Of a stretch of DNA of 64,000 bases, positions 39,452 through 49,756 are shown in pieces. A program made the translations under genes and the position numbers. Position 1 is the stretch's first letter; each line of letters opens with the position of its first letter. Origin of the DNA: a bacterium (GTDB taxonomy: Bacteria > Fidelibacterota > Fidelibacteria > Fidelibacterales > Fidelibacteraceae). The stretch is from NCBI GenBank assembly GCA_963676395.1, contig OY781066.1, positions 1,824,001 through 1,888,000 on the forward strand. The letters are read 5' to 3'. A model generated the notes under the pieces. The model searched no databases, had not been told where the DNA came from, and saw only the letters and a program-made list of their open reading frames with translations.

Positions 39452-42109
39452 TTACTTCATCAATAAGCATTTCTCAACAAATCGCTCTACACCACTATCG
39501 TTGCTTAGCGTTGCATGGATAAAATAAATTCCCGATGGATGAGCGGATGCATTCCAAGCCAGTTTATAGTCTCCGGCATTTTGACGTCCTGAATACAGTA
39601 TATCAACTTGTCTTCCATTAATATCCAGAACATTTATCTTGATATTGTTAGTAGCCGACAGCCGATAGCTGATAGTTAATTTAGGATTAAAAGGATTTGG
39701 ATATGCTTTCATTAAAAAGGGTGTTTCAGGAATTATTGGGTCAATTGCATCGTTAAGCTCACGGGTTATAATCGATGCTTCCACCATGGAGTTTGCGGGG
39801 ACATTCACTAAGGCATAAGCCATTTTCGAAAGAGTATCGACTTGGAATAATTTTGCATTGATGAGTGAATCGATTGCTTCGGTTTTTTCAAGCGGGAATT
39901 TTACCATGCACTGATCAAGATCAATATGGTGGTTATTATTGATACGTGCCATAGAAGAGTCGGCATTATAGATGATGGTCAATTCACTGCCGCTTGCTCC
40001 GGCTTGGACAGAAAGTGAATTTAAATATTGATTATTCTTGAACTTTATGATACGATATGCTCTTCTTCCGTTACAAGTTGCTGCGGTAGAAATACTGTAA
40101 GGATGTGTTTCATCTTCTTTATCCTTATGCGTATGTCCCCAAAAAGCGACATCGACATCGAGAGAGCTAAGGTTAATTTCATTCTTGAAGTCATAGTGAT
40201 AAAACATAACATTTAAACTATCGGTACTGTGTGCAGCAATATCGGTATTAAGCCATGTGAACTGCGATGAAATAAAGGAAGAACTGCCATAGAGTTCGTA
40301 GCGCCATTCATCGTAATTGTCGTAGGCCTCCAGTCCGATAAAGTGAACCTTACCGTAATTAAAGGAATAGTTTTGCGTGGTGGTGGCCGTTGCGGAAGTG
40401 CTGTTTAAATAATCCCAGCCAAAGAAATTCCACCAAGTTCTGCGGGCAGTACCATCGGGAGCGGGCGTAGCATCCCATCCGCCAAGATCGTGGTTTCCGG
40501 CAACTAGAAATACGGGGACATCCAGCTCGTACATGAGTTTTTTAGCTCTTGAAATTGAGGGAACACCCAATTCCTCGATCTCACCATCGTTAATGAGATC
40601 ACCGGTATGGATAACAAAATCCGGGTTAATAATATTAATGTCCTTGATCACTGCGCGGAAGTCTTCAATGCCAGTCGAGTCGGCTTCTAAACCATCATCT
40701 CCCCAGTAAAAATTTGAGGGAAGGTGAGTGTCGGTAACATGAACGACAGTGAATTCTTTTTTGTATTCCGGAATAATATAGATGGAGTTTTTTGAAAGAT
40801 CATTTTTACTTGTATCACTACATGTTATGTAGAGATCATATAGGCCATAAACCATGTTATCAGGAAGTGTCGCTTGGAATTTTCGTAAACCATTTTCACT
40901 TCCGTTTTCCGTGAAGTTTAAATCATACTCGATAGTGTTAAATTTGATTTTCACTTTGTTTAGAGCTATACCTGAGCTGAGGTCAAGTAAGATATCAAAG
41001 TTTTTACCCGGTAGATTCATGCTTGGAATATTTACCAGCGGTGACTGGATGACTGTTAGTGTATCTTTCGGGAAAACCGGGATCACGACCTCACCCAAGG
41101 ATAATTCAATGTTCTGACTGCTTGAGCTTGAGATATAAAAAGTTTCGTTTGCAACTTGCCCGGCATAGGAGCAGGAAGCTGTCCATGATCCGGTTTCTAA
41201 TTCTACCAGGGAAATACCTGAAGTATTTGTTCTGCTTTCAAAACTTTCTGTTTCGTTTGGAGCTTGTACAAATGAAACCAAGGCGTTTGAGACCGGTAAA
41301 CCATTTTGAGTCACTGTGATGGTCGCTTTACCTGTCGACAGTTCATTCAATTCGGCGTTAGCCAGATAGATATCGGCAAGATCATTACCCACAGCAAAGT
41401 ATCGCGTAATGGTATAGCTTGCGCCTGGAGCTAGATCGGTTTCAACAATGGTTGCATCACTCCAGTAGCCGCCATGAATGGCGAAGAATGATGTTTCGGC
41501 CATATAGCCGTAAAGAGTATTAGTAGTTGTGGAGGCCAACCATGTTGTATTAGAAGATCCTTCACGAGTTGAGCCTAAACCGGGAACAAAAGGATTGGAG
41601 CCCCAGGAAAAAGCATCGCCCATGCCATAGTTTTCCAGTCGTGAGCCACTATTATTTGTAAAGGTTGAAACCAGTTTAAGTAAGTTCGTATCATCATACA
41701 GGATATAATCCGATACAATACTGATGAGAGCATTATCTGAATCTACACCGCTTACTTGGACATGCGCTGAATCATTCGGCGTGCCGTTAGAGAGGATGGA
41801 GATAGAATTATAGATTGCCTGACGTGGCCAGGTTTTATTGAGATAGAGGTACATGAGATCGAAGTCATCTTGCCCACCATTAACAACGGCGTCAATGCAT
41901 AAGCCACCGGATTTCCCGGGAGATTTGGTATTGGGTATATCCGCAATAACAAACGAAACGCTATCATTTTTTATAATATAATCACCGACGACACCATTGG
42001 CATGTGTGCCGGAGAATAATTGAGAGCTGGATGTAATTTTACTGACTTGTGCTGCATTTGCAAACCCGATGATTATGAGCAAAATGCTAATGAGATGTTG
42101 TTTTTTCAA
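39452..42109 (-). CDS. Secreted multi-domain calcineurin-like metallophosphoesterase with T9SS/FlgD-type C-terminal tail
   Basis: Signal peptide, TDTH, TGDL, GNHD, GHTH, YPNPFNP tail; TTG start. Confidence 0.85.
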   Translation of the reverse strand: MKKQHLISILLIIIGFANAAQVSKITSSSQLFSGTHANGVVGDYIIKNDSVSFVIADIPNTKSPGKSGGLCIDAVVNGGQDDFDLMYLYLNKTWPRQAIYNSISILSNGTPNDSAHVQVSGVDSDNALISIVSDYILYDDTNLLKLVSTFTNNSGSRLENYGMGDAFSWGSNPFVPGLGSTREGSSNTTWLASTTTNTLYGYMAETSFFAIHGGYWSDATIVETDLAPGASYTITRYFAVGNDLADIYLANAELNELSTGKATITVTQNGLPVSNALVSFVQAPNETESFESRTNTSGISLVELETGSWTASCSYAGQVANETFYISSSSSQNIELSLGEVVIPVFPKDTLTVIQSPLVNIPSMNLPGKNFDILLDLSSGIALNKVKIKFNTIEYDLNFTENGSENGLRKFQATLPDNMVYGLYDLYITCSDTSKNDLSKNSIYIIPEYKKEFTVVHVTDTHLPSNFYWGDDGLEADSTGIEDFRAVIKDINIINPDFVIHTGDLINDGEIEELGVPSISRAKKLMYELDVPVFLVAGNHDLGGWDATPAPDGTARRTWWNFFGWDYLNSTSATATTTQNYSFNYGKVHFIGLEAYDNYDEWRYELYGSSSFISSQFTWLNTDIAAHSTDSLNVMFYHYDFKNEINLSSLDVDVAFWGHTHKDKEDETHPYSISTAATCNGRRAYRIIKFKNNQYLNSLSVQAGASGSELTIIYNADSSMARINNNHHIDLDQCMVKFPLEKTEAIDSLINAKLFQVDTLSKMAYALVNVPANSMVEASIITRELNDAIDPIIPETPFLMKAYPNPFNPKLTISYRLSATNNIKINVLDINGRQVDILYSGRQNAGDYKLAWNASAHPSGIYFIHATLSNDSGVERFVEKCLLMK

Positions 42110-42112
42110 AAT

Positions 42113-43177
42113 TTAAATACCTTTCTTAACATCTTTTTTTGAACGATGTATATGCTTGACTTCGCTGGTGATAACCCAAAGGCTGCCAAGTAATATTATT
42201 AGATAGTAAGTTAGAAAGCGCCAAATAATCATTGGCATGAAAATTGGGATAGAACCAAAGAATTTTGAAAAGAAGATATAAAAACCTCCTTCAGAGGCAC
42301 CGGCAGCACCAGGTAGTGGTACAAAAGATACGGCAAGGAAAAGAAAAGCTTGGAGAGTAAAAATAAGCATAAAGGATTCGTTATGTAGTCCAAAAGCTCT
42401 ATATATGAGATAAGGAATGGCAAATAGGAAGCCTAAATTGACCACAGAGATTAAAATTGATAGAAAAAAGTGAGCAATATTATTCTTGATATAGGTAGAT
42501 GATACAAAAAAATCATCAATCAAATTATCTATATGTGCCGTCCTTTTTTCTTCTTTGCGGATGATTTTAAGCTTGCTAAGAAAGTGAATAAAACCATGAA
42601 CTATTTTTTCGGTAATAGGACGATTTAAAAAAACCATGGAAATAAAACCAACAGCTATAAGGTTTAGAATAAAACCTGCTGTGGTAATCCAAAAAATGTG
42701 ATGATAATTCTGGAAGAAGAATGAACCTTTCGCAAGCATTGCAATGACATAGAGTAAGCATAGGGAAAGCTCATAAACGATAAATTTAATGGTGATGATG
42801 GAGGTGGATGTTCCAATGGGTATACCTTCACGACGCATATAAACAACTTGCATGGGCTGTCCACCGGACGAAAATGGTGTCAGTGCTCCATAGTAAAGTC
42901 CCATTATCCCAATTTTAAGTGATTTTATAAACCGTTGCTTTCCAAAAATATAGGATGTAACCTGTTTAAGTAAAAATGCATCACTTAGCCAAAACATTAT
43001 CATTGCAAGAAGTGAAACTGCTATCCACTTTTTATTTATTTGCGGAATAATTTCTTTTAGTGTATCAATATCATGATTCAGAAGACCAATAAGAAGGATA
43101 ACTACAATGGTTGCTGAGATATATACAAGCCTAAAAATATTTTGACGTTTTTTCTTTTTCTGTATGTTTTCTTCCAT
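42113..43177 (-). CDS. Lysylphosphatidylglycerol synthase TM/flippase-like (UPF0104) protein
   Basis: TPFSSGGQP, PLPGAAGASEGGF, IWRFLTYY; multiple TM segments. Confidence 0.88.
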   Translation of the reverse strand: MEENIQKKKKRQNIFRLVYISATIVVILLIGLLNHDIDTLKEIIPQINKKWIAVSLLAMIMFWLSDAFLLKQVTSYIFGKQRFIKSLKIGIMGLYYGALTPFSSGGQPMQVVYMRREGIPIGTSTSIITIKFIVYELSLCLLYVIAMLAKGSFFFQNYHHIFWITTAGFILNLIAVGFISMVFLNRPITEKIVHGFIHFLSKLKIIRKEEKRTAHIDNLIDDFFVSSTYIKNNIAHFFLSILISVVNLGFLFAIPYLIYRAFGLHNESFMLIFTLQAFLFLAVSFVPLPGAAGASEGGFYIFFSKFFGSIPIFMPMIIWRFLTYYLIILLGSLWVITSEVKHIHRSKKDVKKGI

Positions 43178-43315
43178 GTTCGTGCCTTATGTTTATATTC
43201 AACACAAGAAATACCATGGGATCACGTGCTTATAAATGTATTTCATTTTTAATTGAGAATGATCCATTAAAAATGAAATAGATCCATAAAAGATCCTCAA
43301 GATGCAAACATAAAC

Positions 43316-43346
43316 AAAACGCCTCCTTTTTCAAAGAGGCGTTTTT
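43316..43346 (-). terminator. nifJ terminator
   Basis: AAAACGCCTC...GAGGCGTTTT. Confidence 0.75.
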
Positions 43347-43373
43347 ATAAAATACTAAATAACCGATTAAGTT

Positions 43374-46300
43374 TTAATCAGCCATTTTTTTATATGTTTC
43401 CCAACGGTTCTTGGCAAATTTCAAGAAACCTTCGCGAAGAGCAGGTACCTGATCAGGGAAAGTTGTTTCTAATGAACTGTAACGTCTTTCACTGTTCATG
43501 AAATCAATAACCTCGAAGTTAGGTTCTTTAGAATCCAAGGTAAAAGGATTCTTGCCTTCAAGTGCCAGCAAAGGATTGTAACGATATAGTAACCAGTAAC
43601 CGGTTTCAACCGCACGTTTTTCCTGTTTTTGGCTTTTGCCCATATCAATACCGTGGTTGATACAAGGAGCGTAGGCAATAATGATCGAAGGACCGTCGTA
43701 AGCTTCAGCTTCTTGGAAAGCTTTAACCAACTGGTTTTTGTTAGCACCCATAGCTACAGATGCAACATAAACATATTCGTAAGTCATTAGCATGCGACCG
43801 AGGTCTTTCTTGTTTGTTTTTTTACCTGATTCGGCAAATTTAGCAACGGCACCAAGAGGAGAAGCTTTAGAAGCCTGACCACCGGTGTTTGAATAAACTT
43901 CGGTATCCATAACAAGGATATTGATGTTTTTACCTGATGCCAACGCGTGATCCAAACCTCCGTAACCGATATCGTAAGCCCAGCCGTCACCACCAAAGGC
44001 CCAGACTGACTTGTCAATGATATAAGATTTTAACTCTATCGCTTTTGCGACATCAGCATCTTTAGCATCTTCTTTTACAAGAAGGGTCTGGATTTTTGCT
44101 GCATTGGCTTTAGCTTCATCAGAAATATCTTTCCAGTTTGCAACGGCTGTCGTTATAGCGTCTTTTAATTCGCCTGCTATATCTTTAGCAAGAAGTCTTT
44201 CGAAGACGGATTTCAACTGACGGCGGTTAGCATCAACTGCGAGGCGCATACCTAAACCATATTCAGCATTATCTTCAAATAGCGAGTTAGCCCATGTAGG
44301 ACCGTGACCATCTTTGTTTTTGCAGTAAGGAGTGGTGGGGAATGTACCTGAGTAGATTGATGAACAACCGGTAGCATTCGCAATAACCATTCTATCACCG
44401 AAGAGCTGAGTAGTCAATTTAACGTAAGGAGTTTCACCACAACCTGCGCAAGCTCCGGAGAATTCGAAGAGAGGTTGTTTGAACTGAGAACCTTTTACAG
44501 AGTATAGACGACTTGAACCGATAACATCGTTTGATAATTCATGGAAGAATTTTTCATTTTCGTTTTCACCTGCATCACGTTCTGTCTGAATGGGGCTCAT
44601 TTCAAGAGCGGCAACAGGACATTCGTTAACACAAACTGAACAACCCTGACAATCTTCTACATAAACCTGGATCTTGAATTTCTTGTCAGCATCTTTACCT
44701 TTAACATCAAGGACGTTGAAAGATTCAGGAGCGCCTTCAAGTTCAGCAGGATCAATCAGTTTTGCACGAATTGAAGCGTGAGGACAAACGAATGTACATT
44801 GGTTACACTGGATACATTTATCTGCGATCCAATGAGGAACCATAGGAGCAACACCACGTTTTTCAAGAGCGGCAGTACCTGTTGGGACATAACCATCAAT
44901 AGGCATGTCGGCAACGGAAATGTCATCACCTTTTTCACGCATGATAGGTTCGATAATATTTTTAACGAAAGCAGGAGCATCGTCAGCAACGAGTTTTGCA
45001 GGTTCGGCAGCAACTTCGGGGAGTTCGGCCGGAACTGCAATTTCCTGGAGAGCAGCTTCTGTAGCATCAACAGCTTTCCAGTTCATCTCAACAATGTTCA
45101 TACCTTTTTTCTTGTATGATTTCTCAATGGCACCCTTGATCAGAGCGATAGCTTCATCTTTAGGAAGAACACCGGAAATAATAAAGAAAGCAGCTTGCAT
45201 CACAGTGTTAATACGACCACCAAGACCAACTTCTTTAGCAATATCAAGTGCGTTTACATTGTAAACTTTAACATTATTCTTGATGATAACTTCTTGCATT
45301 TCTTTAGTGAAATGTGAGAAAACTTCTTCAGCTTTCCAGTTTGAGTTTAGCAAGAAAACGCCATTTTCTTTGATACCTTCAGTTACATCGTAACGGCCGA
45401 TGAAAGCTTGATTATGACATGCGATAAAGTTTGCATGCTGAACAAGATATTCAGACTGAATTTTGGCAGTTCCGAAACGAAGATGTGAACGAGTGATACC
45501 ACCGGATTTCTTTGAATCGTACTGGAAGTAACCCTGAGCGTTCATATCGGTGTTGTCACCAATAATTTTAATTGAGTTTTTATTAGCACCAACAGTACCA
45601 TCAGAACCAAGACCCCAGAATTTAGCTGAGAAAGTACCTTCAGGAAGGGGGTTAATTGTTTCGGTCACTTCCAAAGATCTGTTTGATACATTATCATTGA
45701 TACCTACTGTAAAGCCATGAGTATCGGCTTTGTCGTAGATAGCTTTAACCATTGAAGGTGTAAATTCTTTAGAAGAAAGACCGTAACGACCGCCGATAAT
45801 ATTAATATCTTTATTTTTAAGAGCAGCTACAACATCCAAGTACAGAGGTTCACCCAATGAGCCGGGTTCTTTTGTACGATCGAGTACGATAATATTTTTA
45901 GCTGATTCGGGAATAACATCAACAAAAGCTTCTGCAGAGAAAGGACGATAAACGCGAACTTTAATAAGACCGAGTTTTTCGCCTTTGGCGTTCAATGAAT
46001 TGATAGTTTCTTCGATAGTGTCGCAAGCAGAACCCATAGCGATGATAACTTTTTCGGCATCTTTAGCACCAACATAATCGAATAGATGATATTGACGACC
46101 GATAACTTTGGCGACTTTATCCATATATTCTTGGATGATTGCAGGAGTTTCATCGTACATCAAATTAGTTGTTTCACGACCTTGGAAATAAACATCAGGG
46201 TTTTGAGCACCGACTTTGAGGCGAGGATTTTCAGGATTCATCGCGCGTGCACGGAATTCTTCAACATATTTTTCTTCTACGAGACCTTTGATCGTATCGT

Positions 46301-46865
46301 AGTCGATAATTTCAGTTTTTTGAATTTCGTGAGAGTTACGAAAACCGTCAAAGAAGTTCAAGAAAGGAACTTTAGATTTCAAGGTAGCCAAATGAGAAAC
46401 GATAGCCAGATCCATGATTTCTTGAAGGTTAGATGCAGCAACCAAAGCGTAGCCGGTGTTTCGAGCTGACATAACATCAGAGTGGTCACCAAAGATAGAG
46501 AGTGATTGTGCCGCAAGAGAACGAGCTGAAACGTGGAATACTGTGGGAAGCATTTCACCGGCAATCTTATGCATATTGGGAAGCATAAGCATCAATCCCT
46601 GAGAAGCGGTAAAAGTGGTGGTAAAGGCACCGGCAGAAAGAGAACCGTGAACGGCACCGGCGGCACCGGCTTCTGACTGCATTTCGACGATATCTACGAC
46701 TTCACCGAAGATATTTTTACGACCGTTAGCGGCCCAAACATCCGCATACTGACCCATATCAGATGAAGGTGTGATCGGATAGATCGCAGCTACATCCGAG
46801 AAAGCGTAAGCAACGTGTGCAGCAGCGGTGTTTCCGTCGATGGTTTGTTTTTTAAATTTACTCAT
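43374..46865 (-). CDS. nifJ: Pyruvate:ferredoxin/flavodoxin oxidoreductase (single chain)
   Basis: YPITPSS, EMQSEAGAAG, two CxxCxxCxxxCP motifs, GACAGCGE, GGDGWAYDIG. Confidence 0.97.
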   Translation of the reverse strand: MSKFKKQTIDGNTAAAHVAYAFSDVAAIYPITPSSDMGQYADVWAANGRKNIFGEVVDIVEMQSEAGAAGAVHGSLSAGAFTTTFTASQGLMLMLPNMHKIAGEMLPTVFHVSARSLAAQSLSIFGDHSDVMSARNTGYALVAASNLQEIMDLAIVSHLATLKSKVPFLNFFDGFRNSHEIQKTEIIDYDTIKGLVEEKYVEEFRARAMNPENPRLKVGAQNPDVYFQGRETTNLMYDETPAIIQEYMDKVAKVIGRQYHLFDYVGAKDAEKVIIAMGSACDTIEETINSLNAKGEKLGLIKVRVYRPFSAEAFVDVIPESAKNIIVLDRTKEPGSLGEPLYLDVVAALKNKDINIIGGRYGLSSKEFTPSMVKAIYDKADTHGFTVGINDNVSNRSLEVTETINPLPEGTFSAKFWGLGSDGTVGANKNSIKIIGDNTDMNAQGYFQYDSKKSGGITRSHLRFGTAKIQSEYLVQHANFIACHNQAFIGRYDVTEGIKENGVFLLNSNWKAEEVFSHFTKEMQEVIIKNNVKVYNVNALDIAKEVGLGGRINTVMQAAFFIISGVLPKDEAIALIKGAIEKSYKKKGMNIVEMNWKAVDATEAALQEIAVPAELPEVAAEPAKLVADDAPAFVKNIIEPIMREKGDDISVADMPIDGYVPTGTAALEKRGVAPMVPHWIADKCIQCNQCTFVCPHASIRAKLIDPAELEGAPESFNVLDVKGKDADKKFKIQVYVEDCQGCSVCVNECPVAALEMSPIQTERDAGENENEKFFHELSNDVIGSSRLYSVKGSQFKQPLFEFSGACAGCGETPYVKLTTQLFGDRMVIANATGCSSIYSGTFPTTPYCKNKDGHGPTWANSLFEDNAEYGLGMRLAVDANRRQLKSVFERLLAKDIAGELKDAITTAVANWKDISDEAKANAAKIQTLLVKEDAKDADVAKAIELKSYIIDKSVWAFGGDGWAYDIGYGGLDHALASGKNINILVMDTEVYSNTGGQASKASPLGAVAKFAESGKKTNKKDLGRMLMTYEYVYVASVAMGANKNQLVKAFQEAEAYDGPSIIIAYAPCINHGIDMGKSQKQEKRAVETGYWLLYRYNPLLALEGKNPFTLDSKEPNFEVIDFMNSERRYSSLETTFPDQVPALREGFLKFAKNRWETYKKMAD

Positions 46866-46950
46866 TTTGACTCCTAATAAATAATTTGTAAATCAAATCT
46901 CCAACAACTCGAAATATAAAAGGAAAAAGGTATGAGGAAAAGGGAAATAT

Positions 46951-46966
46951 TGGGAAAATAATCACA
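46951..46966. promoter_or_regulatory. CRP-family-like operator upstream of nifJ
   Basis: TGGGA-aaataa-TCACA (9/10 consensus positions). Confidence 0.35.
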
Positions 46967-46989
46967 TGAAAATATGCATGTAATTAATA

Positions 46990-47100
46990 AACCGAGTCGG
47001 TTTGGTGGTGATTAAGGCGACTCGCTTGAAGCAGAGAACAACCGCCTCGGTTGGATGAATCATAAACCGAGTCGGTTGAATATTATCGAACTGACTTGAT
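46990..47100. repeat. REP family 2 cluster (five palindromes, ~25-bp period)
   Basis: AACCGAGTCGGTT-like units at 46990, 47015, 47040, 47065 and 47089. Confidence 0.82.
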
Positions 47101-47127
47101 GATTACACGATTAAAGAAAGATCAATT

Positions 47128-47688
47128 TTATTTGACGAAATTAATCTTTCTGGTATACATACATGAATCAAATATACTATTAACATATCTATGATATTTA
47201 TCTGTATTCATTCCATATTTTAGAAATATTTCTTTTAAACAAGAATTGTCATCAATTTGTGTGTAATTTGTATATGGCCATTCTTCCGGATTAGCCATTA
47301 GATTTGCGCGAACAGGATTCATAAAAATGTATTTGCTTAATTGCAGTAAATATATATCGCTATCAATAATTTTGTGTTGTAACGCAGACCTAAATATCGG
47401 TCCCCTTCTTTTATATTTTTTGTTAAAGTATATAGCATATCGTACAAACACATAATTAAACAACCTATACACCTGTACTTCACTATTCTGTCTGATCAAA
47501 TAATGGTAGTGATTGGGCATTAAACAGTATGCATATATACTTGCTGGTACTTTTTTGAGGTTTTTATCAATAATACTCAAGAAAAAATCATAATCTTCAT
47601 CATCATAAAAAAGATCATAATCATCTATCGCATGATTGTAAATGTGAAAAATTGCTCCTTCTACAAAGTCTTCATGTAAACATCTCAT
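47128..47688 (-). mobile_element. REP-associated tyrosine transposase (RAYT, Y1/HUH)
   Basis: FHIYN, LF.D.EDY, AYCLMPNHYHYL (HUH), YFNKKYKR.G..F, YIFMNPVRA...PEEWPY. Start inferred at 47688. Confidence 0.88.
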
Positions 47689-47757
47689 GGTGTCCCCCAA
47701 AAATTGTTTCAATAATATAAGACATTATTTAATAAAAATTTGTCAACAGTCGAAAAA

Positions 47758-47773
47758 TGTGTCCCAGGTCACA
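47758..47773. promoter_or_regulatory. CRP-family-like operator between divergent RAYT and cupin genes
   Basis: AAAAA-TGTGT-cccagg-TCACA-CTTTT. Confidence 0.45.
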
Positions 47774-47830
47774 CTTTTATGTATTATTTTTTAGAGAATT
47801 TGCCAGAATACTTTAACTAAGGAGAAAATA

Positions 47831-48250
47831 ATGAAAAAGATTGTCGTTCATTGTATGATGATGTTGTTTGTATTTAGTATTGCATTTGCCCATGATGGAA
47901 CCAATACTACAGTCGATGTGCTGACTAAAACTTCAGAGAGTTGGAATGGTGCCAAACTTCCTCGGTATGCAAAAGGTAAACCGGAAATTACTATTCTTCG
48001 TATAAATATACCTCCGCATTCAAAATTAGCCTGGCATGAACATCCTTATATCAATGCCGGTGTTTTAATTTCGGGAGAGTTGACTGTAATCACCGATCAA
48101 GCGGATACTTTAGACTTAAAAGCGGGTGATCCTATTGTAGAATGTGTTAAGACCTGGCACTTTGGTGAAAATTTGGGTGATGAACCGGTTGATATTATTG
48201 TTTTTTATGCTGGAATAAAAGATAAAGATGTGACGGTAATGGAAAAATAA
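47831..48250 (+). CDS. Secreted cupin-domain protein
   Basis: Signal peptide, WHEHP.INAG...GEL, AGD, WHFGEN. Confidence 0.88.
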   Translation: MKKIVVHCMMMLFVFSIAFAHDGTNTTVDVLTKTSESWNGAKLPRYAKGKPEITILRINIPPHSKLAWHEHPYINAGVLISGELTVITDQADTLDLKAGDPIVECVKTWHFGENLGDEPVDIIVFYAGIKDKDVTVMEK

Positions 48251-48260
48251 TTGTTTATTG

Positions 48261-48347
48261 AACTGAGTCGGTATGAAAAATATTAACCGCCTCGGTCGAG
48301 TGTTTGTTGAACCGAGTCGGTTGAAAGAGATGGATACCGAGTCGTTA
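48261..48347. repeat. REP family 2 cluster (four palindromes, ~25-bp period)
   Basis: Units at 48261, 48285, 48310 and 48335. Confidence 0.8.
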
Positions 48348-48391
48348 AAATTATACTTTGAATCTTAATCTCATAACTATAAATTTATACT

Positions 48392-49735
48392 ATGCCTAAA
48401 CATAAAGACCAATTCAAATGTTCAAGTTGTGATGGCCTTACAGCCAAATGGGCCGGTCAATGCCCGCACTGTGGAGAGTGGAATACACTCGAAGCCTATG
48501 ATGCCCCTCAATCATCTTCTAAGCGTGTAAAAGCTGCTGGCTCACCACCACCTTTTTATTCTTTGTCTAATCCCCAAGAACCGTCCCGTTATGGTTCGGG
48601 ATTAGAAGAATTTGATCGCGTGGTGGGTGGTGGACTAATGGAAGGTAGCATCGTTCTGCTTGGTGGAGATCCCGGTGTGGGGAAATCTACACTCGCTTTG
48701 CAACTTTGTAAGGCATATCTTGATAGTAAAATAAAGATGTGCTATTTTTCAGGTGAGGAGTCTGTGGGACAACTTGCACTTCGCGCCAAGCGACTTGGTT
48801 TTGCAAACGATGATCTCCAAATATCTAATGATGTGGAGTTGAGCAAGATTATTGCCGGACTCGAATCCGAAAAGCCTCAAGTCGCCATTATTGATTCTAT
48901 CCAAACTGTTTATTCTCCAAATCTAGATTCCTTGCCGGGCTCACCGAATCAGGTGCGTGAGTGTGCAAGTGAGCTGATGACTTTAGGCAAAAAGAAAAAT
49001 ATTACAATAATTTTAATTGGGCATATTACGAAAAGCGGTACGATAGCCGGACCAAAATTGCTTGAGCATATTGTTGATACCGTGTTATATCTCGAAGGTG
49101 ATAAACAAAATTATTTTCGAATCCTTCGCTCGGTCAAGAATCGCTTTGGTGCAACGCATGAGATCGGTATCTTTGAAATGAAACAGGATGGCTTACAGGG
49201 AATCTCAAATCCGGGGGCCATATTCCTAAGTGAGCGTAAGCCAGGTGCCACCGGTTCGGTGGTAACTTGCGGTATGGAGGGTTCGCGACCACTGTTGGTA
49301 GAAATCCAAGCTCTTGCAGCCAAAGCAGCTTACGGAACACCTCAGCGCCATGCCAGTGGAATCGATCCTAAACGTTTGCAATTACTGCTTGCCGTGATGG
49401 AAAGACAATTGAATATCCAAGTCTCTCAGTATGATATTTTTGTGAATGTTGTGGGTGGACTTACCCTAAAAGAGCCGGCTATGGATCTCCCGGTGATCGC
49501 AGCCATATATTCATCAGTCAAGAATATTCCTCTAGCAGATAATACCTGTGTGATAGGGGAGGTGGGGCTCACCGGTGAAACCCGCTCCGTACAGCGCATT
49601 GAACAGCGCGTTTCCGAAGCTAATCGTATGGGCTTCGATAGATTGATCCTCCCTGCCTCGGTGAAAAAGAAAATTGTTGATAAGAATCATTTATATCGAT
49701 TTTTTAAAGATATTTCTGATTTGTCTGGCCAATAA
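48392..49735 (+). CDS. radA: DNA repair protein RadA/Sms
   Basis: C4 zinc finger, GGDPGVGKSTL, KNRFG, Lon-like C-terminus. Confidence 0.97.
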   Translation: MPKHKDQFKCSSCDGLTAKWAGQCPHCGEWNTLEAYDAPQSSSKRVKAAGSPPPFYSLSNPQEPSRYGSGLEEFDRVVGGGLMEGSIVLLGGDPGVGKSTLALQLCKAYLDSKIKMCYFSGEESVGQLALRAKRLGFANDDLQISNDVELSKIIAGLESEKPQVAIIDSIQTVYSPNLDSLPGSPNQVRECASELMTLGKKKNITIILIGHITKSGTIAGPKLLEHIVDTVLYLEGDKQNYFRILRSVKNRFGATHEIGIFEMKQDGLQGISNPGAIFLSERKPGATGSVVTCGMEGSRPLLVEIQALAAKAAYGTPQRHASGIDPKRLQLLLAVMERQLNIQVSQYDIFVNVVGGLTLKEPAMDLPVIAAIYSSVKNIPLADNTCVIGEVGLTGETRSVQRIEQRVSEANRMGFDRLILPASVKKKIVDKNHLYRFFKDISDLSGQ

Positions 49736-49756
49736 ATATAATTTAAAGGAGATATT

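Noticed and set aside
46990..47100. CRISPR interpretation of the 25-bp periodic palindromes
   Set aside because: Repeats (13 bp) and spacers (~12 bp) are too short and orientation is mixed.
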